This document shows positions 46,987 through 56,600 of a stretch of 64,000 bases of DNA, in pieces. This DNA comes from Myxococcota bacterium (GTDB taxonomy: Bacteria > Myxococcota_A > UBA9042 > PHBI01 > JAWLBL01): contig JAWLBL010000011.1 in NCBI GenBank assembly GCA_041687695.1, forward strand, positions 1 to 64,000. Direction: 5' to 3'. The first letter of the stretch is position 1; every line of letters begins with the position of its first letter. The position numbers and the translations under genes were made by a program. The notes under the pieces are model-generated. The model was not told where the DNA came from. It did no database searches and saw nothing but the letters and a program-made list of their open reading frames with translations.

Positions 46987-47769
46987 TCAGGCCTGCGGCG
47001 TGGGGCCGGACCAGAGCGGGTCGAGCCCGGGGAGGCCGGCGCACACTTCGCGCAGCAGCGCCCGGTCGATGGCGGTGTCCAGGGCCGTGAGCACCGCGCG
47101 CACGTGGATCTCGGCCGTCCGCTGCGACACGCCGCCCTCGCGCTCCGCGACGCGGCCGAGGAAGTCGTCGGTCGACACGACCGCGCGGGTGGGGGCATGC
47201 GACGGCTGGCTGCCCATGGGACCGGGCTCCTCCTCCATGATCGCGCGCTGGTAATGGTCCCGATTGCGGATCTGCTCCTCGCGCCGTCCGTCGCCCCGGA
47301 ACCCCGACTCGGAGGGCAGCGGGCCGCCCCCGGCGGGGCCGCGCTGCGACGCGACGCGCTCGCCGCGATCGTGCGACGTCCAGCGCTCCGGATCGGTCCG
47401 AGCCGTGCCGGCGCCGCCCTGCGCGCCTTGATCCTCCGTGTCGAGGCGGTGCGAGCCCTGGCTCGCGAGCCGCCGCTCGGCCTCGTTCATCTCGCGGCGT
47501 CGCTCGCCGTGTTCGCGCCCCGGCGTGCGCCCCTGCGTCTGCTGACGGCGCGGCGCGACGGGCCTCGGTCCGCCCGACGGCGCGCCCCCTGCCCACCCGC
47601 CTTGCAGGTAGCCCGACACCTCGGGCGGCAACGTCTGCGCCAGCCGGTCGACCGGCGCGCCGCACTCGCCCAGGGTGATGAGCGTCGCACGCAGCGCGCG
47701 CTCGGCCTCCTCGTCGCGGCGCAGCTGCCCGGCCGCCTTCACCTCGTCGATGAGCTCACGGTATTGCAT
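46987..47769 (-). CDS. DUF2267-like protein with an internal low-complexity insertion
   Basis: EEAERALRATLITLGE...LAQTLPPEV and DDFLGRVAERE...HVRAVLTAL halves separated by a long polar spacer. Confidence 0.7.
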   Translation of the reverse strand: MQYRELIDEVKAAGQLRRDEEAERALRATLITLGECGAPVDRLAQTLPPEVSGYLQGGWAGGAPSGGPRPVAPRRQQTQGRTPGREHGERRREMNEAERRLASQGSHRLDTEDQGAQGGAGTARTDPERWTSHDRGERVASQRGPAGGGPLPSESGFRGDGRREEQIRNRDHYQRAIMEEEPGPMGSQPSHAPTRAVVSTDDFLGRVAEREGGVSQRTAEIHVRAVLTALDTAIDRALLREVCAGLPGLDPLWSGPTPQA

Positions 47770-47807
47770 GGTCTGCTCCAGCTGCTGGTCCGTTCCCCGG
47801 CCGCTCT

Positions 47808-48245
47808 CTACGCCTGCGGAGGCTCCGGCCACATCACCTGGATGCGCTGAGGCAGGCTGTCGCGCACGTCCTCGACCTCGCCGCGCGTGATGTGGCGGTT
47901 CAAGACCTTGAAGACGGCCCGCACGATGCGCTCCGGGTCGATCTCGTGGTGCGCGTTGAACTTCTCGCGCACCATGTCCAGGAACTCCTCGCGCGTGCGC
48001 ACCTTCACGGGCTTGCCCGTCGGGTGCCAGCCCTCGTAGTAGATGCCGCGCACCATCATCGGCAGCTGCGCGCCGAGCTCCGCGGCCTCGGCGGGCGTCA
48101 GGCGATCGCGCAGCGAGATGAGGCCCGCGCGGAGCGCGAGGTAGGCCGCGCGCCGGTCGCAGCCCAGCTCGCCCATGATCTCCTTGAGCCAGATGTGTGT
48201 CTTCTGGATGGTGCTGTCGAAGACCTCGAGCCCCGTCGTGCTCAT
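47808..48245 (-). CDS. DUF2267 family protein
   Basis: MSTTGLEVFDSTIQKTHIWL...LRDRL...AQLPMMVRGIYYEGW; GAGGAGG RBS. Confidence 0.88.
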   Translation of the reverse strand: MSTTGLEVFDSTIQKTHIWLKEIMGELGCDRRAAYLALRAGLISLRDRLTPAEAAELGAQLPMMVRGIYYEGWHPTGKPVKVRTREEFLDMVREKFNAHHEIDPERIVRAVFKVLNRHITRGEVEDVRDSLPQRIQVMWPEPPQA

Positions 48246-48596
48246 GTGTCCCTCCTCGTCGGCGGTCCCCCGGACGCTCCGGATGTGGCGACGCCCCGGC
48301 GCCAGCACGCGCCGCGCCCACGCCACGGTCAACCGTATGGACCAGGGAACCGACGACCAGCCGCCCAGGCGTCCGACCTGGCGTCCGGCCTCACGGAGCG
48401 CCAGCCGTCGCAGGCGCGCGCGAGGGGGGCTTGACCGCCCCGCCGCGGGTTCCTAGAGGTCCCGTCGCCGACACATGTTCCCGCCCCTCACCGGTGGAGT
48501 CAGGGGGGCGGACGACCCGGCGGGCGGCCGCGCAGGCGGCCCGGACGGGTGCGTGCGACCAACGACGCGGGCCGTGGACCCGCAAGGAGGACGTGT

Positions 48597-49040
48597 ATGC
48601 TCTGGAGGCACGACGACGTTTGGAGCGAGCTCGACCGCATGATGGGGCTGATGGACTACGTCCGTCGGCGCGCCGAGGGCGGCGGCCGGGCCGAGGGCCT
48701 CGACCCCGAGATCGGCGGCGGGCCGCGCATGACGCTCGACGACGAGGGCGGGCGCCTCGTGCTGCGGGCCGAGCTGCCGGGCTTCGCCGAGGACGACGTC
48801 CACATCACCCTCAACGAGGAGGTCCTGACGGTCCGCGGCGAGCGCGCCGTCGACGTCCCCGAGGGCTTCGTCGCCCATCGGCGCGAGCGCCGGCCCGTGA
48901 GGTTCTCGAGGACCCTGGCGCTGCCGACCAAGGTGGACCCCGAGCGCACGGTGGCGCGCCTGCGCCACGGCATCCTGACGCTCGAGATCCCCAAGACGCC
49001 CGAGTCGCGGCCCCGCAGCATCAAGGTCCAGGGCGCCTGA
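48597..49040 (+). CDS. Hsp20/alpha-crystallin small heat shock protein
   Basis: RAELPG, LTVRGER, FSRTLALP and HGILTLEIPK; AAGGAGG RBS. Confidence 0.92.
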   Translation: MLWRHDDVWSELDRMMGLMDYVRRRAEGGGRAEGLDPEIGGGPRMTLDDEGGRLVLRAELPGFAEDDVHITLNEEVLTVRGERAVDVPEGFVAHRRERRPVRFSRTLALPTKVDPERTVARLRHGILTLEIPKTPESRPRSIKVQGA

Positions 49041-49086
49041 GCGGCGCCGCCCCCGGCCACCCCTGTCGCGAAGAGGAGGACACGAC

Positions 49087-49470
49087 ATGAGCACGACCGA
49101 CAAGCCGCTGATCGAGGCCGCCGGCGCCGCGCACGCCGAGCGCATGGAGACGGGCCGCGTGGTCGCCCCCGCGGTCGACATCTTCGAGAGCGAGCGCGAG
49201 CTCCTGCTCCGCGTCGACCTGCCGGGCGTCGCCCGCGAGGATCTGTCCCTGCAGCTCGACCGCGAGCAGCTGACCCTCGAGGCGCGCCGCAAGGTCCTCG
49301 ACGACGACCCGAGCGGCGCGTGGAACTTCACCTATCGCCGCGCCTTCCGCATCCCCCCGGTCGTCGAGCCCGACGGCGTCGACGCCGAGCTGAAGGAGGG
49401 CGTCCTGCACCTGCACCTGCCCAAGCGGGCCGCGCTCCAGCCGCGGCAGATCCAGGTGAAGGCGGGCTGA
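49087..49470 (+). CDS. Hsp20/alpha-crystallin small heat shock protein
   Basis: PAVDIFE, VDLPGV, YRRAFRIP and EGVLHLHLPK motifs. Confidence 0.92.
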   Translation: MSTTDKPLIEAAGAAHAERMETGRVVAPAVDIFESERELLLRVDLPGVAREDLSLQLDREQLTLEARRKVLDDDPSGAWNFTYRRAFRIPPVVEPDGVDAELKEGVLHLHLPKRAALQPRQIQVKAG

Positions 49471-49557
49471 GGCGCGCGCCATCCGGGGCTGCGCTCGGGG
49501 GGCGCCTGGTCCGCCCCCCGGCGAGCCCGGTTGCGTCAGCGCCTCGTCCCCTTCGAC

Positions 49558-50955
49558 TCAGCGGCCGCTGGTGAACTGGAGCCCGCGCACGAGGACCCAG
49601 GGGGCGACGTGGCACGACTCGGTGCCGAAGCCGCCCGCGTGGCTCTCGACCGCGCGGCTCAGGCCCGCGCGGCCGGGGATGCGCGCGAAGGCCTCGAGGA
49701 TCGAGTCGGTGAAGCGCATCGGCTCGATGGCCCGCCCGAGGCGGCCGCCCTCGACCAGGAAGGCGCCGTCGCGGGTCAGCCCGGTCATGACGGCGCGCCG
49801 CGGCTCGATGAGGCCGTTGACGTAGTGCAGCCGCGTGATGAACAGGCCGCGGTCGACCTGGCCGAGCAGCCCCTCGAGGTCGGAGTCGCCGCCCGCCATG
49901 TGCAGGTGGCAGGCCTTGGACCCCGGCGCCGGGAACAGCGCGTCCGCGTGGGCGTGCCCGGTGGCGGCGCAGCCGGCGCGTCGCGCCGAGCGCGAGTCGT
50001 GGACCGAGCCGCGCGCGACGCCGTCCTCGACCAGGACCACGCGCTGCTTGGGCTGGCCCTCGGCGTCGAAGGGCAGCGGGAGGCCGATGGCGTGGGGCAT
50101 GGCGCCGTCGTCGTGGAGCGAGACGGCGGCCCCGGTCACGGCGCTCCCGACGTTGCCCGTGAGGAAGCTGCTGCCGTCCTCGACGGCCCGCGACGAGAAG
50201 CCGATCTCGCCCAACCACTCGAGGAGCTCGGCGACGGCGGCCGGCGACAGCACCACGTCCCAGGCGCCCGGCCGGACCGCGACCGGGTCGCGCCCGCGGC
50301 GGCACTCGGCGCGCACCTCGGCCTCGAGCGCGGCCACGCGCTCGGCGTCGACGCGGGCGTCGAAGTGGGCGCGCCAGGCGCTGGCCCGGTGGCCGACCGG
50401 GCGCTCGAGCGCGCTGAGGGCCAGATCGGCGTAGCTGCCCTGGTGCCAGGTGGCGACGCCCTCGGTCGATCGCACGGCCAGGCTGAAGCGCCCCGAATGG
50501 AACCGGCCGGCCAACGCCAGGTCGTCGGCCTCGGCAGCGCGCAGCGCCGGCTCGAGCCAGCGCGTCTTGGTGGCCGTGTCCAGCGTGGCCGTCACCGGGT
50601 CCATGGACCACGCGGGCGCGGCCGGGACGGCGGCGGCCGAGGGGAGGGTGATGGGCTCACGGCCCTGCGGGGTGACGCGGGCGTTCCGGATGGCCTGCGC
50701 GACCGCCCCTGCGAGGCCCTCGGCCGACAGATCGCTCGTCGTCCAGACCGCCGCGGCCCCGTCCACGACGGCGCGCACCGTCACCTGCCCCTGCACGACG
50801 TCCGAGGCCTGCACGACGCGCGCCTCGGCCAGCCGCATCAGGTTGGCCTCGCGCCCGCGGAACAGCAGCTCGACCCCGTCGGCCTGGCCACGGGCGGCCG
50901 CGAGGGCCTCGTCGAGGCGCTCCTCGACCCGATGGCGCGCGAACTCCGTCGTCAT
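49558..50955 (-). CDS. pmbA: TldD/PmbA family protein (TldE-like, no HExxxH)
   Basis: PFDAEGQP, GLFITRLHY and TGLTRDG; no HExxxH; ATGA overlap with tldD. Confidence 0.8.
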   Translation of the reverse strand: MTTEFARHRVEERLDEALAAARGQADGVELLFRGREANLMRLAEARVVQASDVVQGQVTVRAVVDGAAAVWTTSDLSAEGLAGAVAQAIRNARVTPQGREPITLPSAAAVPAAPAWSMDPVTATLDTATKTRWLEPALRAAEADDLALAGRFHSGRFSLAVRSTEGVATWHQGSYADLALSALERPVGHRASAWRAHFDARVDAERVAALEAEVRAECRRGRDPVAVRPGAWDVVLSPAAVAELLEWLGEIGFSSRAVEDGSSFLTGNVGSAVTGAAVSLHDDGAMPHAIGLPLPFDAEGQPKQRVVLVEDGVARGSVHDSRSARRAGCAATGHAHADALFPAPGSKACHLHMAGGDSDLEGLLGQVDRGLFITRLHYVNGLIEPRRAVMTGLTRDGAFLVEGGRLGRAIEPMRFTDSILEAFARIPGRAGLSRAVESHAGGFGTESCHVAPWVLVRGLQFTSGR

Positions 50956-52424
50956 CGCGAGCTCCGGACCGGCACGCCCTCGAACCGCGCCGGCGCGCAC
51001 CCGTGGCCCACCGACATGATCTGCATGGGGTCACCCTTGCCGCAGTACATCCAGCCCCACATCCGCCAGGCCTCGGGGCCCGCGACGCCCGAGCACGCCT
51101 TCCAGAAGCGCGGCGTCACGTCCGCGTAGACCGGGTTCTTGTACAGCTTGCCCGTCAGCCGGCCGCCCTTGACCTCGTAGGCGGCCTCGCAGCTGAACTG
51201 GAAGTTCAAGCGTAGGTCGTCGATGGACCAGCTCTTGTTGACGCTCAGCATCAGGCCGTCGTCGACGCCGCCCAGCAGCTCGTCCAGCGAGCCGGTCCCA
51301 GGCTCGAGGTTGACGTTGATCATCCGGACGACCGGCTGGCTCCACCAGCTCTCGGCGCGCAAGCAGCCCGCCGACGGGCGGTCCACCGCGGCCGCCGAGT
51401 CGCGTCCCGACAGGAACCCCACGAAGCGCCCGCGATCGACCAGCGGCGTGCGCGTCGCCGGCGTGCCTTCGTCGTCGAAACCGAACGTCCCCGGACCCAG
51501 GGGCGAGGTCGCGTCGGCGGTCAGCGAGACGTGCTCGGAGCCGTACGTGAGCCGGTCCATCGCCTCGGGCAACAGGAAGCTGGCCCCCGCCAGGCTGATC
51601 TCCTCGCCCAGCACCCGGTCCAGCTCGGTCGGGTGGCCGACCGACTCGTGGATCTGCAGCGACAGCTGCGCCCCGTCGAGCACCACCGTCGTCGCGCCCG
51701 CGGGCGTCGGCTCGGCGCGCGTCAGCGCCACCGCCTCGGCGGCCAGCCGCCCCGCCTCACCCGGCAGATCCATCGCGCGCACCTGCTCGAAGCCGCCCTG
51801 CAGGACGTTGCCCTCGTGGCTCTTGGGCGCCGAGCGCACCTGCACGTCGCCGTCGTCGCCCACCGCCAGCGCCGCGAGCCCCGCGCCGCTCAAGGTCACG
51901 CGCTGGTCGACGGCGCTGCCGTTGGACGCCCGGAACAGCGTCCCCGTCCGCTGCGCGACGAGGCTCCCCTTGGCCGCCTTGACCCCGGCGGTCGCCAGGA
52001 TGCGGGCGTGCGCGTCGCCCATGAGCGCGACCTTCTCGGCGAGGGCCACCTCGAACGGATCCTCGGTCAGCGGCGTCTCGTAGCGCCCCATGACCGGCGC
52101 CGGTAGCTCGACCCGCTGCCGCGCCGACCGGGCGGTAGCGCGCGCAGCCTCGACGGCGGCTCGCGCCGCACGCGTCACCCCGTCCGGATCGAGCAGGTTC
52201 GTCGCGCCGTAACCCCAGCCGTCTCCGACCAGCGCCCGCACGCCCAGGCCCACGTCGTCCGTCGTCGCCGCCAGCTCGAGCCGCGCGTCGCGCAGCTCCA
52301 GGCTCTCGCGGCGCCGCTCGACCAGCCGCACCTCGGCATAGCGGGCCCCCGCCGCCAGCGCCGCCTCGATGGCCCGCGCGCACAGCGCCTCGAAGCGGTC
52401 GGCCGAACCCGGCGCCCCGCTCAG
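50952..52424 (-). CDS. tldD: TldD metalloprotease (probable CTG start)
   Basis: HESVGHPTELDR, FGFDDEG, SWSIDD and CGKGDP motifs. The frame stays open upstream of 52331, encoding AIEAALAAGARYAEVR, back to a CTG at 52424. Confidence 0.85.
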   Translation of the reverse strand: MSGAPGSADRFEALCARAIEAALAAGARYAEVRLVERRRESLELRDARLELAATTDDVGLGVRALVGDGWGYGATNLLDPDGVTRAARAAVEAARATARSARQRVELPAPVMGRYETPLTEDPFEVALAEKVALMGDAHARILATAGVKAAKGSLVAQRTGTLFRASNGSAVDQRVTLSGAGLAALAVGDDGDVQVRSAPKSHEGNVLQGGFEQVRAMDLPGEAGRLAAEAVALTRAEPTPAGATTVVLDGAQLSLQIHESVGHPTELDRVLGEEISLAGASFLLPEAMDRLTYGSEHVSLTADATSPLGPGTFGFDDEGTPATRTPLVDRGRFVGFLSGRDSAAAVDRPSAGCLRAESWWSQPVVRMINVNLEPGTGSLDELLGGVDDGLMLSVNKSWSIDDLRLNFQFSCEAAYEVKGGRLTGKLYKNPVYADVTPRFWKACSGVAGPEAWRMWGWMYCGKGDPMQIMSVGHGCAPARFEGVPVRSSR

Positions 52425-53500
52425 GGGGTGTCCTTGGGCTTGACCAGGCTGCGGAACAGGCCCGGCAGGTCGATGTTCAACATCACCTTCACCGGCTCCT
52501 CGCCGGCCGGCTGCGCGCCGGGCTCGGCGCCCTCGGCCTTGGCCTCGCCTCCAGCCGCGGCCGCGCCCTCCGCCGGCGTCTCGCCCTCGCTCCGCGCCTC
52601 GGCCTCACCGGAGGCCGCGGTCGGGACGTCGACCTCCTTGGGGATGAAGGCGCTCGCCAGCGCGCCGAACATCGACGCAAGCAGCTTGGGGCCGTGCTCC
52701 TTGATGAACTCGTTGTCGAGCTGCACCGTCGCCTGGCCCTTCTGACCCGGCTCGACCACGTTGCGCAGCAGGTACTCGTTCACGGCGCCCTTCAGGTTCG
52801 TCTTCAGCCGCGACTCGAGCTCGCCCACCTTGGCCCGCGCCTGCTCCTTCTTCTGACGCACCGCGCCCAGGTCGACCACGTTGTCCGAGTCGTCGCCGCC
52901 CGCCTCACCGGCGGCCGTCGTCGGCACCTTGAGCCCCTCGGGGAAGCGCGAGGCCACGGCCGAGAACAGGTTGGTCACCAGATCCTTGGCGCCGGACTGG
53001 ATGCGGTCGATCTGCACCGACTTCAGGTCCACCTGCCCGTCGGGCCCCAGCTCGACCCCGAGCTTCTCGTTGAGCACCTTGGACGCCGAGGCCCGGATGG
53101 CCGCCGCGATGTCCTCCGGCGAGTGCGCCTGAGCCTCGGCCTCGGCCTCGGGTCCCGGTTTGGGCTTCGCCTCGGCCTTGGGCTTCGCACCCGCTTCGGC
53201 CTTCGCCTCGGCCTTGGGCTTCGCACCCGCTTCGGCCTTCGCCTCGGCCTTGGGCTTCGCCTCGGCCTTGGGCTTCGCACCCGCTTCGGCCTTCGCCGCG
53301 GCCTTGGGCTTCGCCTCCGCCTTGGGCTTTGCCTCGGCCTTGGGCTTCGCCGCTGCCTTGGGGGTGCCCTTGGCCGGCGCGTCGCCCGACTTGGCCCCAC
53401 CGCCAGCCGCCTTCGCCTTCGAGCCGGCCGCCGCCTTCGTGGTCTTCTTCGCGTCGCCCGCCGACCGGGTGGTCGGGGTCTTCTGATCGTCCTTCGCCAT
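52421..53500 (-). CDS. Hypothetical protein with an N-terminal histone-H1-like AKPKAE repeat region
   Basis: Repeated AKPKAE(AKAEAG) units followed by a helical domain; start ATG 53500. Confidence 0.75.
   Translation of the reverse strand: MAKDDQKTPTTRSAGDAKKTTKAAAGSKAKAAGGGAKSGDAPAKGTPKAAAKPKAEAKPKAEAKPKAAAKAEAGAKPKAEAKPKAEAKAEAGAKPKAEAKAEAGAKPKAEAKPKPGPEAEAEAQAHSPEDIAAAIRASASKVLNEKLGVELGPDGQVDLKSVQIDRIQSGAKDLVTNLFSAVASRFPEGLKVPTTAAGEAGGDDSDNVVDLGAVRQKKEQARAKVGELESRLKTNLKGAVNEYLLRNVVEPGQKGQATVQLDNEFIKEHGPKLLASMFGALASAFIPKEVDVPTAASGEAEARSEGETPAEGAAAAGGEAKAEGAEPGAQPAGEEPVKVMLNIDLPGLFRSLVKPKDTP
53155..53360 (-). repeat. Coding tandem repeat (about 18-bp units encoding AKPKAE)
   Basis: Repeated TTGGGCTTCGCCTCGGCC on the plus strand. 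Confidence 0.85.
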
Positions 53501-53649
53501 GGTCTGCTCCCGCTCGAAAGGTGCCGGGACACTAACCGAAGCGGCGCGGGCTTGCATCCCGCGGGCGCTCGGTCCCGGATGGTGTGCGTAGGGGAGGGCG
53601 GCGCGAGCCCTCACAGGGAGGGCCGCGCCGCGCGGCTCGTCGTCAGGCC

Positions 53650-56600
53650 CTACCAGCTGATGCCGTTGTTCCGGAACAGCTGGCGCGCCCGGTCGTCCTC
53701 GCGGCCGTCGACGGCGCGCAGGATGCGGTTGGGCCCGCCCGCGTGGGTGACGACCCGTCCGATGTCACCGGCGCGCGCCGAGTGCTCCAGTACGGTGATG
53801 ATGCACTCCTGGTCGGCCTCGCCGCACCAGCCCTTGATCATCTCGTCGATCATCTTGCCGCGCATCTCGGGGACGGCGTGGCGGTGGTCACCGCGCCGCA
53901 CGGCCGCGCGCATCTGGTCGTCGGCGCCGAAGAAGGCGCTGAGCAGACCCGGGCGCGGGCCGCTGAAGAAGCCCTTGATGCTGCTCCACCAGTCCGGCAT
54001 GTACGGCTCGATGAGCTCGAGGATCGTCGCCGCGGCCCGCAGGAACGCCTGGATGTCGCGCTTGATGCCGTCGAAGCTGATGTCGCCGCAGATCACCTTC
54101 CAGATGATGTAGATGAGGACGCCCGCCGGGCCGTAGGTCAGGCCGACCCGGACGATGTCGGTCAGCAGCCGGATGAGGCGGAAGGCCGCGCCCACGCCCT
54201 CGGCGATGATCTTGATGCGGTCGATGTGCTGCTGCAGCTGCCCCAGCGGGTTCTCGCGGTTGCCACCCTGCTGGGCCTGCTGCGACATCTGCTGGCCGCT
54301 CTCGAGCTGCGGTCCGTCCTGCACGTTGTTCGCCGCGCTCGAGGCCTCGGGCACGATGTTGCGCGCCGACGACTCGCTCGTGCGGGCCTCGGCGTTGCGC
54401 GTCGCCGGCGGGAAGGCCGGGCGCTGAGCGGCCGCGCGCGGCTCGGCCGAGGCCGGGTCGTCGCCGAACTTGTAGGTCTTGCCCCACTCGAAGCGGAACA
54501 GCTCGCCCAGCGGCTTGTGCCACTCCGTCAGGTTGTGGCGGAACTCGCGGCCGAGCGTGGCCTGCAGGTACGGCCGCGCGTACAGATCCAGCGTCGGGGC
54601 CAGCGTCACGCCGACGCCCAGCTCGCCGGAGTACTTGCCGGCGCGGCCGCGCAGGACGCCGTAGGGCTGCACCCGCACCGGCGCGTTCAGCCGGACCTCA
54701 CCTTCGATGCCGACGCCGGCGTTCAGCCCCGGCACGCCGACCGACAGGCCCGCGTACGCCATGACCGCGGCCTGCGCGTTCAGCCCCCAGTTGAGCTGCA
54801 GCAGCGCCTCGAAGTCCGGGATGTTGCCGCGCAGCGGCCGGAAGTTCGACACGCCGATGGTGGTCGAGAACGTCAGCGCCTCCATCCCGAGGCCCATGCC
54901 CGCGGCGATGCCGAGGTCGAGGTTGACGCCCGGGAACAGGACGATCGACTGCTTGGGCAGCAGATCGAACTTGGTGCTGAACAGATCCCGCGCCTGGACC
55001 AGCGGGACCTGCGAGACCGAGAGCGAGCCGCTGAGCACCGGGTCCAGGGTCTGATCGACCTCGACGCCCAGGGTGCCGCTGATCATGCGGTTGATCGCGT
55101 AGTCGACCGTGCCCGCGATGCGGAAGGTGTTGTCCTCGTTGTAGGTCGCCGAGACCCGGCCGCCGATCCGGCGCCCGGTGCGCGGGTCGTTGAGCAGCGT
55201 GAAGTCCAGCGTGCCGCTGCCCGAGTAGATGTCGCGCGTCCCGTCGTTGCGCCAGTTCAGGTTGAACGTGCCGCGCATGTTGTTGAGCGGCGGGATGACG
55301 ATGGCGCCCGACCCGCCGGCCGAGACCAGGCGGTTGTTCTCGACGCGCGCGCGGCCCGACAGGCGCTCGACCCGGACGTTGCCGCCCAGCAGCTCGAACG
55401 GCCGCATCATGGTCGCCGAGCCGTCGACGTACTCGAGCGTGTTGGTGACGGCGTTGTACATGCCGTCCGCGTTCAGCGAGATCAGCGGGCGGCCGTCGGT
55501 CCACAGCTCGCAGTTGAGCGTGCCGCCGAGGCGGCGCAGCTCGCTCTGGACCACCTCGCCGTTGCCGCCCGAGCCGCGCTTCAACTTGAGGACCGTGTTC
55601 GAGCCCAGCGTGTACTCGATGTCGCGGCCGAGGCGGATGTTGCCGTTGCCGTCGAACTTCTTGGTCTCGGCGTCGTAGGTGCCGTTGGCGGAGCCCGTCA
55701 GCAGCGGCTCGGCCTCGCCGTCCATGATCTTGAAGGGCACCGACCCGTCGACGCGGGTCAGCGCGTTGTTCTCGATGTGCGCCGTGGCGCCGGCGCCGAC
55801 CGCCAGCCAGAACTCGTAGCTGCCGATCTGCGCCAGGCGCTTGTCGCGCGTGATGCGCGCCTCGCCCGACCCGGTGAACCCGGTCCCGCCGGCCGCGTCG
55901 AAAGAGCCGCCCAGGCGCACGGTCAGGTACGCCCCCTGCTCGTCCTCGAGCCGCAGGTTGATCTGCCCGCCGACCGTCTGGAGGCTGTTGTTCAGCACCG
56001 ACGCGGTCGCGCCCGTGCCGCGGCAAAGGAACAGGTTCTGGCCGCCCAGGCTGGCCAGCTGCTTGTCACGCAGCACCTCGGCCGAGCCGTTGCCCGTGAA
56101 GTTGGCGCCCGGGAAGTCGTAGGTGGCCGTGGCCTCGATCTGCACGAAGGGGCCGGTCGCGTCGTCGATGCGCGCGTTGACCGTCCCGCCGATGGTCGTG
56201 ATGTCGCTGCTGACGAGGGTGATGTTCGCGCCCGTGCCCGGCAGGGCCTTGAGCGTGTACTCGCCGACCGTGGCGACCTGGTACTCCTGCAGCAGCGAGG
56301 CCGTGCCGGAGCCGTTGAAGCCTTCGGCCTCGGTGTAGCGGCCCTCGAGCGCGACGCGCGCGAACGGCCCCTGGGCGTTGTCGACCCGGACGTTCAACGT
56401 GCCGCTGAGCTCGTCGACGTTGTTGTTCGTGACCTCGATGTGGGCGCCGCTGGTCACCTCGAGCCAGGCGACGTAGCCGGCCGCGGTGGTCAGCATCTGC
56501 TTTTCGCGCGTGACCTGCAGCGTGGCGCTGGCGCGCGTGATCTGCCCGCCCTCCTGGTTCGAGTAGGTCGCGTCGCCGCTGGCCCGCAGGAACTCGCCCT

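Noticed and set aside
48425..48465. Sigma32 or CIRCE heat-shock element before the Hsp20 pair
   Set aside because: CTTGAC is present, but there is no CCCCAT -10 and no CIRCE inverted repeat.
49558..52424. TldD/PmbA as the protease of the RiPP locus
   Set aside because: It lies 23 kb away and the locus has its own peptidase candidate; nothing in the sequence links them.
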